Below are positions 1 through 7,791 of a DNA stretch of 53,854 bases, one piece after another. A program made the translations under genes and the position numbers. How positions within the stretch are numbered: the first letter of the stretch is position 1; each line of letters begins with the position of its first letter. Source of the stretch: Anaerolineales bacterium (lineage in GTDB: Bacteria; Chloroflexota; Anaerolineae; Anaerolineales; UBA4823); contig DAOTVW010000195.1 in NCBI GenBank assembly GCA_034436035.1, forward strand, positions 1 through 53,854, given 5' to 3'. Below the pieces are notes generated by a model. The model was not told the DNA's origin and ran no database searches. It saw nothing but the letters and a program-made list of their open reading frames with translations.

Positions 1-7
1 GATGAGG

Positions 8-81
8 CTCCTCGACCAGGACTCGAACCTGGAACCTAGCGGTTAACAGCCGCCCGCTCTGCCGAATTGAGCTATCGAGGA
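8..81 (-). tRNA. tRNA-Asn (anticodon GTT)
   Basis: The reverse complement folds as a cloverleaf: acceptor TCCTCGA/TCGAGGA, T-arm CCAGG-TTCGAGT-CCTGG, anticodon loop CTGTTAA. CCA is not encoded. Confidence 0.9.
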
Positions 82-136
82 ATTTAGCACCGTGATTATA
101 GTATTAAGCCATATCACTGTCAAGGAATCATTACAC

Positions 137-1186
137 CTATTTCTCCAACTGCAACCAGCTTTGGATTGGATCCACTACCCGAACTCGCTTCATTCCTGCG
201 CGCCCGTAGCGATCAAATGCCTCTTCTGCTTGCGGGCTATAATCCACCACGCCCGGAATGACCACTGGAGACATGCAATCTTCTAAGATGTAAATCTTCT
301 TTGCAAGCTGGGGATCGGTGTTTTTAATGTCTTCTAACCAATCACCCAATGTCCAATTCACGCAATGGCTTTTTGCCTGTCCGGCAACGAGAACCGCGTC
401 CATCTCGTGGATCAGGCGCATAAAATACGGGTTCTCTCGCCCGATGGGTTCACCTTGTGCACCGCGGATGACTTCCGGACGGATCGCGGAATAATTCTCG
501 GTAAGGGCTGCATCTCCTTTGAGCTCATACCGCGCCTGGCTATAGCGTGCTACGGTGTGGAAAAAGACTGCCTCTTCGACAGCCGATACCATTGCATGCC
601 CAATTCCGCCCAACATAGCATGGTATGGCCAAATGGTTAAATCAAATTTACCCTTGCGTGCTAATTCACTCACGTAATGGAATAATTGTTGCTGCCCTTG
701 CTCCACCGTTATCCCTAACGAAAAAGCTGCGCTTGGATTGAATCTCCATTTTCCATCCCGCACGTCTTGGATGGTGATCGTGGTCATCGGGGCAGGATGT
801 TCTCCTTTATCATTGATGAGCAGCAGCGGGTGAAAAATTTGGAAAGCCCGATGGGTATCCAGTGTTGCTACAATGGTCGTGATGCAGTTTAGATGGCGGT
901 AAATGAATTCACACAAGCGGCGGTTATCTTCCACTGCTCCTATCCCAGAATGCCCGCCCACAAATAACTCAAAGCCAGGGATGCAAAAGGTATTTTGGAT
1001 ATCAATTAACACTAATGCTATTTTTCGGCTATCCTCTTGAGCAGGGCTAATGTGATGCTGCTTTGCCCACGCCATTGCATCCTCTGCGCGTTGCTGATAG
1101 GGTACGCGCCAGACTTCACCAACTCGGTTGGCATCAAAGAAAGGGGGGATAGGCAGCGGTTCGTATGAAGGACAATTTGTGCTCAT
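137..1186 (-). CDS. Isochorismatase/cysteine-hydrolase family protein (nicotinamidase-like), long form
   Basis: 349-aa ORF. Cysteine-hydrolase hallmarks LVLIDIQNTF (Asp) and AGQAKSHCV (Cys nucleophile context). SD GGAAGGAG lies just upstream of the ATG. Confidence 0.7.
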   Translation of the reverse strand: MSTNCPSYEPLPIPPFFDANRVGEVWRVPYQQRAEDAMAWAKQHHISPAQEDSRKIALVLIDIQNTFCIPGFELFVGGHSGIGAVEDNRRLCEFIYRHLNCITTIVATLDTHRAFQIFHPLLLINDKGEHPAPMTTITIQDVRDGKWRFNPSAAFSLGITVEQGQQQLFHYVSELARKGKFDLTIWPYHAMLGGIGHAMVSAVEEAVFFHTVARYSQARYELKGDAALTENYSAIRPEVIRGAQGEPIGRENPYFMRLIHEMDAVLVAGQAKSHCVNWTLGDWLEDIKNTDPQLAKKIYILEDCMSPVVIPGVVDYSPQAEEAFDRYGRAGMKRVRVVDPIQSWLQLEK

Positions 1187-1218
1187 CTTGACTCCTTCCA
1201 GTTCGTGACTAACTCAAA

Positions 1219-2658
1219 TCAATTAACAGGCTTTTTTCGCGGTCTAACCGATTTCTCAACTTTGCGTTCCACTGAAGTATAAGAAGGGACGATTAACGGG
1301 TAAATTTGACACAAGCGGCGATCATCGATGCGGGTAAGCAAGCGCGCATCCATGTCGTCACGTAATTTTCCGAGTGTGATTACAGTAGGTAGTTCTGCGA
1401 TATAACGGAAGTTGATGATTTGATAGAGTTTTTCATTCGCCCATGGGGATGCCATTTGCCCGCCCAAATCGTCGAGAATCAAAAAAGGAGAACGGCGGAT
1501 ATCTTCAAAGCGTTCATCTAAGGTTTCGGCACTGCTAGGATTGAAAGTCGCTCGTAATGCACCGAGCATTTCGGTGACATCAATATATCGGGATGGATAA
1601 CCCATATCACGGCGGTAATTATGGATAGCGGCGGCTAAATGGGTCTTACCACTTCCGCTTGGGCCGTTAAATACAATCCATCCAATCGGGTCTTCGGCAA
1701 ATTTACGGGCTGCCTGAAATGCCTCTTCTAATGATCGAATTTGATCTGCCGATAAACCCTCATTTTTCCTTAGTTCAAAGGTAGCAAAAGTGCAACGCTG
1801 CAATTTCGGAAAACTAGAAAATTCATGCATCCCTAACATGTCCGTTGGGCGGCGATAATCGGGAGCATTAATTGTCACCTTTGTAACTAGCTCGGGATCT
1901 TCCAATCTGGAGCGAATGCGTCCTTCGATTTGGTCAAGGCGCATGTTGGTGGTGACGATGGTTGGTAAGCGATTGATATAACGATAATTGATGATCTGGA
2001 ACAGTTTTTCCTGCGCCCAGGGTGTGGCATTTTGTGTGCCTAGATCATCCAGGATGAGCAGGTTGATCTGGCGGATCTCGTTGAATTGTTCTTCGAAGCT
2101 GTTTTCCACTTCCGATAGGGCATAGCGGAGGCTATCCAATAAATCGGGTACTGTGACGAATAAAGTCGGCACACCAATTTGAACCGCAAAATTGGCAATG
2201 GCTGCAGCGAGATGTGTTTTTCCACAACCGTATCCTCCTTGCAAGAACAACCAACCCTGCAGGTTTTCGGAAAACACGCGAGCTTGATCATAGGCAAGCT
2301 CAATAGATTTTGCTTCTTCGGGGTACAATCCCACCCGGCCATGCGGTTCAAAGTTATCAAACGTCATGTGGCTTAATTCGTTCAAGTGGCTGAGGGCATA
2401 TAATTGATCGTAAATATCCTGGCGAGCTTGAGAAGCACGGCATTCGCAGATTTGGATTTTGCCAAATTTCGGATGGCCTAAAGGGACATCCAAGCGAACA
2501 TAACCCAATCCATGGCAGATTGGGCAATTGGGATCGCCGGCAAAGGGTTGTTCTATTGCGGTAGTATTACCTTTTTCCTCTTGTGGCGGTTGGTCTTTTC
2601 CATTGCTCTGCATATTTTCGGAGAACCTCTTCAGAGTCTTGTCCAGTTTTTCGCTCAC
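1219..2658 (-). CDS. Tandem double DnaC/DnaI/IstB-like AAA+ helicase-loader protein with N-terminal 4-Cys zinc ribbon
   Basis: 479 aa. Two complete modules: GGYGCGKTHLAAAIAN...LLILDDLG...TTN and GPSGSGKTHLAAAIHN...FLILDDLG. N-terminal CPICHG...CEC. GTG start preceded by GAAGG. Lies downstream of dnaB and the DnaD-like gene. Confidence 0.8.
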   Translation of the reverse strand: MSEKLDKTLKRFSENMQSNGKDQPPQEEKGNTTAIEQPFAGDPNCPICHGLGYVRLDVPLGHPKFGKIQICECRASQARQDIYDQLYALSHLNELSHMTFDNFEPHGRVGLYPEEAKSIELAYDQARVFSENLQGWLFLQGGYGCGKTHLAAAIANFAVQIGVPTLFVTVPDLLDSLRYALSEVENSFEEQFNEIRQINLLILDDLGTQNATPWAQEKLFQIINYRYINRLPTIVTTNMRLDQIEGRIRSRLEDPELVTKVTINAPDYRRPTDMLGMHEFSSFPKLQRCTFATFELRKNEGLSADQIRSLEEAFQAARKFAEDPIGWIVFNGPSGSGKTHLAAAIHNYRRDMGYPSRYIDVTEMLGALRATFNPSSAETLDERFEDIRRSPFLILDDLGGQMASPWANEKLYQIINFRYIAELPTVITLGKLRDDMDARLLTRIDDRRLCQIYPLIVPSYTSVERKVEKSVRPRKKPVN

Positions 2659-3295
2659 CTTTACCTTCTTCCTTCCAGCGCTTTAAGATTGCTGCAACAT
2701 AACGCCAACTTCGTTTATTGTTTTCAACCGCAAGGCGGATGGCTTCCTCGATCCAGCTAAACGGATAGGTTTGCTCAGCATCTTTGAGTGTCTCGACGAT
2801 CATCGGTGTCAAAGGTCCAATATGGTTTTCATATAATTTAAAGATATTTGTTAAATCCGATGGTTGTGGGATCACTCGTGGGATTCGCGGGTCGATTTTC
2901 CAATGTCCTTTGGCTAATGCTTCGACAGAAGCTCGACCCAAGGGAGTATTTAAGAATATCAGGGTTTCTTCCTCTTGCTGTTGATGATAAATTCCAATTA
3001 GGAGTATCCCCCGCTCAACCGATTTATGAACCGCGTTGTGGATTACATTTGTACAATCATCCCCATCGCAGATGAGTCCACTGACCAAGTTTTCATCCTG
3101 GATTAAATCCGTTATGCGAATATATTTAACTCTGCCGTCCCCTAACTGAAGGAGACGAAATACAGTGAGAATTACCTTGATCTCATTGATGTCCGTGATA
3201 TCCCGCATTAATTCTTCGATAAACAGACATGGTACGGCGATGGATGGGATATTCTCTTCTTCAAACCCAGAAAAGACTTTTTGTGCTTTCATCAT
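2567..3295 (-). CDS. DnaD/DnaB_2-domain replication protein (helicase-loading accessory)
   Basis: 242 aa. The C-terminal segment WIEEAIRLAVENNKRSWRYVAAILKRWKEEG is typical of the DnaD-like domain. Its ATG overlaps the dnaB stop (ATGA). Confidence 0.6.
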   Translation of the reverse strand: MMKAQKVFSGFEEENIPSIAVPCLFIEELMRDITDINEIKVILTVFRLLQLGDGRVKYIRITDLIQDENLVSGLICDGDDCTNVIHNAVHKSVERGILLIGIYHQQQEEETLIFLNTPLGRASVEALAKGHWKIDPRIPRVIPQPSDLTNIFKLYENHIGPLTPMIVETLKDAEQTYPFSWIEEAIRLAVENNKRSWRYVAAILKRWKEEGKGERKTGQDSEEVLRKYAEQWKRPTATRGKR

Positions 3296-4677
3296 CGAAT
3301 TTGGGATAAATCAATATGATGCGTCGCTGCGTTTTCGAATTTGGCAATCTTTTCACGGAAGACCAATTCGATGTTGCCGGTTGGGCCATTGCGATGTTTC
3401 GCTACTCTCACCTGGGTAATTTGCTGGCGTTGATTGTCTTTGGCATATTCCTCAGGGCGATGTAGGAACATCACGATATCTGCATCTTGCTCGAGACTGC
3501 CGCTTTCGCGTAAATCTGCCAGTTGTGGTTCTTTTCCAGCCCGCTGCTCCACCGCTCGGGAAAGCTGGGCAGCAACCAGGACGGGAACATTCAATTCACG
3601 AGCTAATATTTTCATGTTGCGAGAAAGGTAGGAGACTTCCTGAACTCGATTTTCCTGGCGTAAACCGCTGGACATCAATTGTAAATAATCCACCAGAATT
3701 AAATCTAAGCCATGTTCCAAATGCAGCCGGCGGCATTTCGTGCGCATTTGCAATGGTGTTAGTGCTGGCGTATCATCGAGGAATATGGTCACGTCGCGGA
3801 GGGTTTCGATTGCCTGGGTTAGGACTTGCCATTCCTCCGGTTGCAACTTCCCGGTGCGCAGGCGTTGTGAATCGATCCCCGTTTCTTGCGCAAGCAGCCT
3901 TTGCACTAGTTGCTCATTGGACATTTCAAGAGAAAAGATTGCCACATGTTTGCGCTTGACTTGGGCAACAAATTTCGCCACCGACAGCAAGAACGCAGTT
4001 TTACCTAATCCAGGTCTGCCAGCCAGGATAATGAAGTCGGAGGGTTGCAACCCAACCAACAGGCGATCGAGGTCAATGAAACCAGTTGGTACACCAGCGG
4101 TATCCTCGCCGCGGGCTAATAATTCTTCGAGGTGGTCATAATAATCACTTAATACTGTACGAATGGTTTTGAGATCGCGTTCTAAACGTCGCTCACTGAC
4201 GCCAAAGATGGCTTTCTCTGCCTCATCCATGATGTCATCGATGGTGGTGTCTTGTTTGAGGGCTAATTTGGCAATGTCGTTGGCTGCAGTCATCATTTGC
4301 CGTCTGACGGATGCAGCTTCAATCATTTTGCCATACGCTTCGGCGTGGAGCGAACTCGGTACGTTCGTGATGAGATAGGAAATATACGCTGGACCACCGA
4401 TTTCATCGAGCTGCCCTCTGCGGGCTAGTTCATTGGTGACGGTTAAGAAATCAATCGGGGTACGCGTTTCATGTAAATGGGTAATGCATTCCCAAATCCA
4501 ACGATTGCGGTGGATGTAAAAATCCTCCGCGCGTAAAAAATTTGCGACATCAAAGTAGGCTTCGGGGTTGATCAGAATCGAGCCCAACACAGCTTCTTCT
4601 GCTTCGGCATGATGCGGAACGATAGCTGGGGATGAGGTGAGTGGCTCCTCAGGAAGGAATGCTGGTTCCATATCCAA
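3292..4677 (-). CDS. dnaB: Replicative DNA helicase DnaB
   Basis: 461 aa. Walker A GRPGLGKTAF, Walker B LILVDYLQLM, typical DnaB N-terminal domain (EEAVLGSILINPEA). Start is TTG at 4677 or ATG at 4671. Confidence 0.95.
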   Translation of the reverse strand: MDMEPAFLPEEPLTSSPAIVPHHAEAEEAVLGSILINPEAYFDVANFLRAEDFYIHRNRWIWECITHLHETRTPIDFLTVTNELARRGQLDEIGGPAYISYLITNVPSSLHAEAYGKMIEAASVRRQMMTAANDIAKLALKQDTTIDDIMDEAEKAIFGVSERRLERDLKTIRTVLSDYYDHLEELLARGEDTAGVPTGFIDLDRLLVGLQPSDFIILAGRPGLGKTAFLLSVAKFVAQVKRKHVAIFSLEMSNEQLVQRLLAQETGIDSQRLRTGKLQPEEWQVLTQAIETLRDVTIFLDDTPALTPLQMRTKCRRLHLEHGLDLILVDYLQLMSSGLRQENRVQEVSYLSRNMKILARELNVPVLVAAQLSRAVEQRAGKEPQLADLRESGSLEQDADIVMFLHRPEEYAKDNQRQQITQVRVAKHRNGPTGNIELVFREKIAKFENAATHHIDLSQIR

Positions 4678-4745
4678 TTGAATTCAGAAAAAACAAAGGT
4701 ATACCCAATCTCGGCTGAGTCAGATAAACAATTCGATTAAAACCG

Positions 4746-5330
4746 TTATTCTTCTTTATCCTCGTCATCTTGTTCAGAGGAATCATCCAGGTCTAATTTT
4801 TCGAGGAAATCTTCAAAGATGGATAGCCTTTCGTCACTTTCTGTGCTTTCTTCCACAGTTGGTTTGGTTGACTTTTGCGTGGAAGGTAAACTGGAGGGGA
4901 GTTCTTGTTGCAAATCTTTCTCTGGGATAACCCCTGCTACATCCATCACAGAGCGGGCTACGAGAATGGGGACATGGGCACGGACGGCTAAATTAAGGGC
5001 ATCCGAAGGGCGAGAATCGATATTGACAATATGGCCATTGACCTCGGCGACAATGTTCCCGTAAAATGTGTCGTCTTTTAATGCAGAAACTTCCACTCTT
5101 AAAATACGAGCATTAAACACGTTAAATACGTTTTTTAATAAATCGTGCGTGAGTGGTCGTGCCACTTCTACTTCTTGAAGGGATATTGTGATAGCTTCCG
5201 CTTCGTACACACCAATCCATATCGGTAAATAACGTTCTGCTCCAATTTCACGCAAAATGACGATCCGTTGTTGCGACATTAAGCTTACCCGGATACTATC
5301 AATTACAACTTCAATCATCTCTTCCGACAT
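4746..5330 (-). CDS. Bifunctional nuclease family protein (BFN/DUF151) with acidic C-terminal tail
   Basis: 194 aa. Family motifs RPLTHDL and DSRPSDALNLA. SD-like AGGGAAG upstream. Confidence 0.8.
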   Translation of the reverse strand: MSEEMIEVVIDSIRVSLMSQQRIVILREIGAERYLPIWIGVYEAEAITISLQEVEVARPLTHDLLKNVFNVFNARILRVEVSALKDDTFYGNIVAEVNGHIVNIDSRPSDALNLAVRAHVPILVARSVMDVAGVIPEKDLQQELPSSLPSTQKSTKPTVEESTESDERLSIFEDFLEKLDLDDSSEQDDEDKEE

Positions 5331-5645
5331 AATAATCTTCCCTGCTAAACAATAGACTGTTTAGAATTATACCTCTCAAACTTAGATTCTAACATGTGCT
5401 GGCTGGCTGTGCAACAATAAATCAATATTTCTCCATTGATTTTTAATGCCCTATGCTAATTGGAAAATAAATCTGACAAAAATATGACAAATCATTTTTT
5501 CAACTGCTGTTTCCAATCATCCCTGGGGTGATTTTCGTGTCCCGTTGCTTATCGAGTCTTTATCATGAAATCATTGCTGCTAAAAGAGTTAAAGCCGATA
5601 TTGAAAAAATCACCCGTTTAAATTAAATTAATGTTAAAAAAATGG

Positions 5646-5675
5646 TTGACTTAAATTTAAGATAGCTAGTATAAT
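5646..5675 (+). promoter_or_regulatory. Sigma-70-like promoter candidate (TTGACT-18-TATAAT) for the response-regulator gene
   Basis: TTGACT at 5646-5651 and TATAAT at 5670-5675, about 65 nt upstream of the ATG at 5742. Confidence 0.45.
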
Positions 5676-5741
5676 GCACATCCCTGCCAATTAATACATT
5701 GCAAAACAAAGGGGATTTTTTTATTCTCTTGGATGGTGATA

Positions 5742-6398
5742 ATGCAAGCTAAAATCCTATGGATTGAGGGAAAACGTGCCGAAGGAAATCTATTTGCAGA
5801 GGCCTTAGAGAAGAAAGGCTTCGAGATAACGATTGTCTCCACCGGAGAAGCTGCGTTGGCGCAAATCGAGCAATGTGACCCAGATGTGGTGGTTCTCCAT
5901 GCGGCCTCTTTGCGTTCTAACGGGAAACGAATTTGCAAATCCATCCATGCCAAATCAAATGGGTTGCCCATTATCCTGATTGCTGATGCAGCATACAAAA
6001 ATGAGGATCTCCCTGTAAATTCCGTCCTTATCCTTCCTTTCACCATTCGTAAATTGATCAATCGGATTGTCCCGTTACTACCCGGCGAAGGAAAGAAATT
6101 TATTCATCGCGGGCCTATTCGGCTCGATTTAGAGTTAGGGCGCGTGCGTTGCCAGGGACGAGAAGCGAAACTCACTCCGCGCTTGGTCAAAATCCTGCAG
6201 ATTTTATTACAAAATGCCGGGGCGGTTGTCGAAAGGGAAAACCTGTTCCGCGAGGTGTGGAATACGGATTATGTTGGCGATACCCGGACTCTCGATGTGC
6301 ACATTAATTGGCTGCGTAAAGCAATCGAGGAAGACCCGAAAAATCCTCGCTTTATAAAAACTTTACGGGGAGTTGGTTACCGTTTGGATATTTCTTAA
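5742..6398 (+). CDS. OmpR/PhoB-family winged-helix regulator with degenerate (pseudo-)receiver domain
   Basis: The C-terminal trans_reg_C-like segment (LTPRLVKILQILLQN...TLDVHINWLRKAIE...IKTLRGVGYRL) is canonical. The receiver lacks the DD pair, phospho-Asp, Thr and Lys. An alternative ATG lies at 5733. Confidence 0.8.
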   Translation: MQAKILWIEGKRAEGNLFAEALEKKGFEITIVSTGEAALAQIEQCDPDVVVLHAASLRSNGKRICKSIHAKSNGLPIILIADAAYKNEDLPVNSVLILPFTIRKLINRIVPLLPGEGKKFIHRGPIRLDLELGRVRCQGREAKLTPRLVKILQILLQNAGAVVERENLFREVWNTDYVGDTRTLDVHINWLRKAIEEDPKNPRFIKTLRGVGYRLDIS

Positions 6399-6401
6399 TA
6401 T

Positions 6402-7703
6402 CTAGGCTGACTTTTCAGGAACAGGAACGACAAAACTTTTTTGACTTCCATCGGCATACACCAGCCGCACCGCCATTTCTTCCCCGATGGATGCGCCGGA
6501 TGCGATAATTTCTGGGGTGATACCTTCTTGCCGAAACGAGCGGGAGGCAAAAAACTGGCAGCGAAAATATTCCCTATTCCAATCCGGGTCGATTTCCCAA
6601 TAGTCCAATCCTTTGACTAATTCATCGTCCAAACGTACACGAAACCCATCTTTTGTTTGAGAAAGGGAAAGCTGTCCTGCGGTAGGATTCGTAGTTGGAA
6701 TAGCGTTTGCTGGCGCAAAACGCTTCTCGTGATAGATTTGGAAAGGGCGTGAGGCGATGCTTAACAGTCTCAATCGGGTAGTATGAATTGCCCTCCAGGA
6801 GGAATCACTCAAGATAAATTTGCGTCCTAATTTAGAAGCAGTGAATGCGGTTGTGCCCGAGCCGCCAAAGAAATCACCCACTAAACTACCCGGATTGGAG
6901 GATGCCCGGATAATCCTTTCCAGCAACGCAGCTGGTTTTTGGGTTGGATAACCGGTGCGTTCACGATGCAACCGGGCGACTACGGGGAAATACCACCAAT
7001 CTTCAGGAACTTTGCCGCGCGCTAAATCGGGAACTTTTCCAAACCCTGCTTTAGGGGATGAATGGAAGGTTTGGACAGTATTTTCTGCATAAGGCAAACG
7101 CACATCATCTACATTGAAAATATAATCATTGGTTTTTGTGTAGGCTAAAATTGTGTCATGCTTGCGATTGAACGCTCTGCGGATCGGTGAGGGTCCATGG
7201 TAAATCCAAATAATCTCATTCAACAAATGGTCTGCTCCGAAAATTTCATCGAGCAAGATGCGCGCATACGCATCAGCATGCCAATCCAAATGCAGGTAGA
7301 GCGTTCCTTGTGGGGATAGCAGGCGATACATCGCTGCCAGACGTGGATAAAGCATATCGAGGTAGTCGTCGAGGCTCTCCCATGCGTCTGGATAACCATC
7401 GCCCATTTGCCATTCCTCGGGTTTGCGCGAATCTTCCCCTCGCCCAATGCGCGTTGCATAATGCCGATTGGTAAAAAAAGGTGGATCGGCATAAATGAGG
7501 TCAAACTTGTTTTCATAACCAGGTAAAAGGGCTTGCATTACCGCCAAATTTTCTCCCAATATCAATTGGTCTTCCGCAGCAGAATCACGAGGAATTTGTG
7601 GAGAGGGAAAGGCGATGCTATCCAGATATAATTCCGCTGGAAGGGATAGGGGGGTGTCTTTCTTTTGCCAGTATAGGCGCGGCATAGCTCGATAAATCAA
7701 CAA
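6402..7703 (-). CDS. Beta-class N6-adenine/N4-cytosine DNA methyltransferase (N6_N4_Mtase family), orphan
   Basis: 433 aa. Motif IV IYADPPF precedes motif I DFFGGSGTTAFTA (beta-class order). Start is TTG at 7703 or ATG at 7685. An uncharacterised C-terminal tail of about 100 aa follows. Confidence 0.85.
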   Translation of the reverse strand: MLIYRAMPRLYWQKKDTPLSLPAELYLDSIAFPSPQIPRDSAAEDQLILGENLAVMQALLPGYENKFDLIYADPPFFTNRHYATRIGRGEDSRKPEEWQMGDGYPDAWESLDDYLDMLYPRLAAMYRLLSPQGTLYLHLDWHADAYARILLDEIFGADHLLNEIIWIYHGPSPIRRAFNRKHDTILAYTKTNDYIFNVDDVRLPYAENTVQTFHSSPKAGFGKVPDLARGKVPEDWWYFPVVARLHRERTGYPTQKPAALLERIIRASSNPGSLVGDFFGGSGTTAFTASKLGRKFILSDSSWRAIHTTRLRLLSIASRPFQIYHEKRFAPANAIPTTNPTAGQLSLSQTKDGFRVRLDDELVKGLDYWEIDPDWNREYFRCQFFASRSFRQEGITPEIIASGASIGEEMAVRLVYADGSQKSFVVPVPEKSA

Positions 7704-7791
7704 TTAATATCATAGCGGGAGGATGTCCGAAAAGTGTTTGGCATTATGAAGCCTGGCTTTTTGGATATCCTCCCAGAGAAGCGCTGAAAAA

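Noticed and set aside
3434-4378. Several plus-strand ORFs (65-144 aa) antisense to dnaB
   Set aside because: They are Arg/Ser/Ala-rich shadow ORFs opposite a highly conserved gene, with no independent support. The same applies to the antisense ORFs inside psrA (41142-42029), the SBP gene (19675-20315) and the 594-aa gene (46464-47303).
1-5330. Idea that tRNA-Asn plus the dnaB/DnaD-like/DnaC-like genes and nuclease form a prophage or integrative-element replication module
   Set aside because: No integrase, att-like repeat, or structural or lysis genes are visible. DnaB is full-length and looks housekeeping. Composition matches the flanks.
5565-5621. 18-codon ORF in the long intergenic region
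   Set aside because: No SD, no conservation evidence available, and AT-rich chance ORFs are expected here.
5666-6061. 131-aa minus-strand ORF overlapping the regulator gene and its promoter
   Set aside because: It is antisense to a CDS with a clear domain, has no motifs, and starts inside the promoter region. It is probably a spurious shadow ORF.
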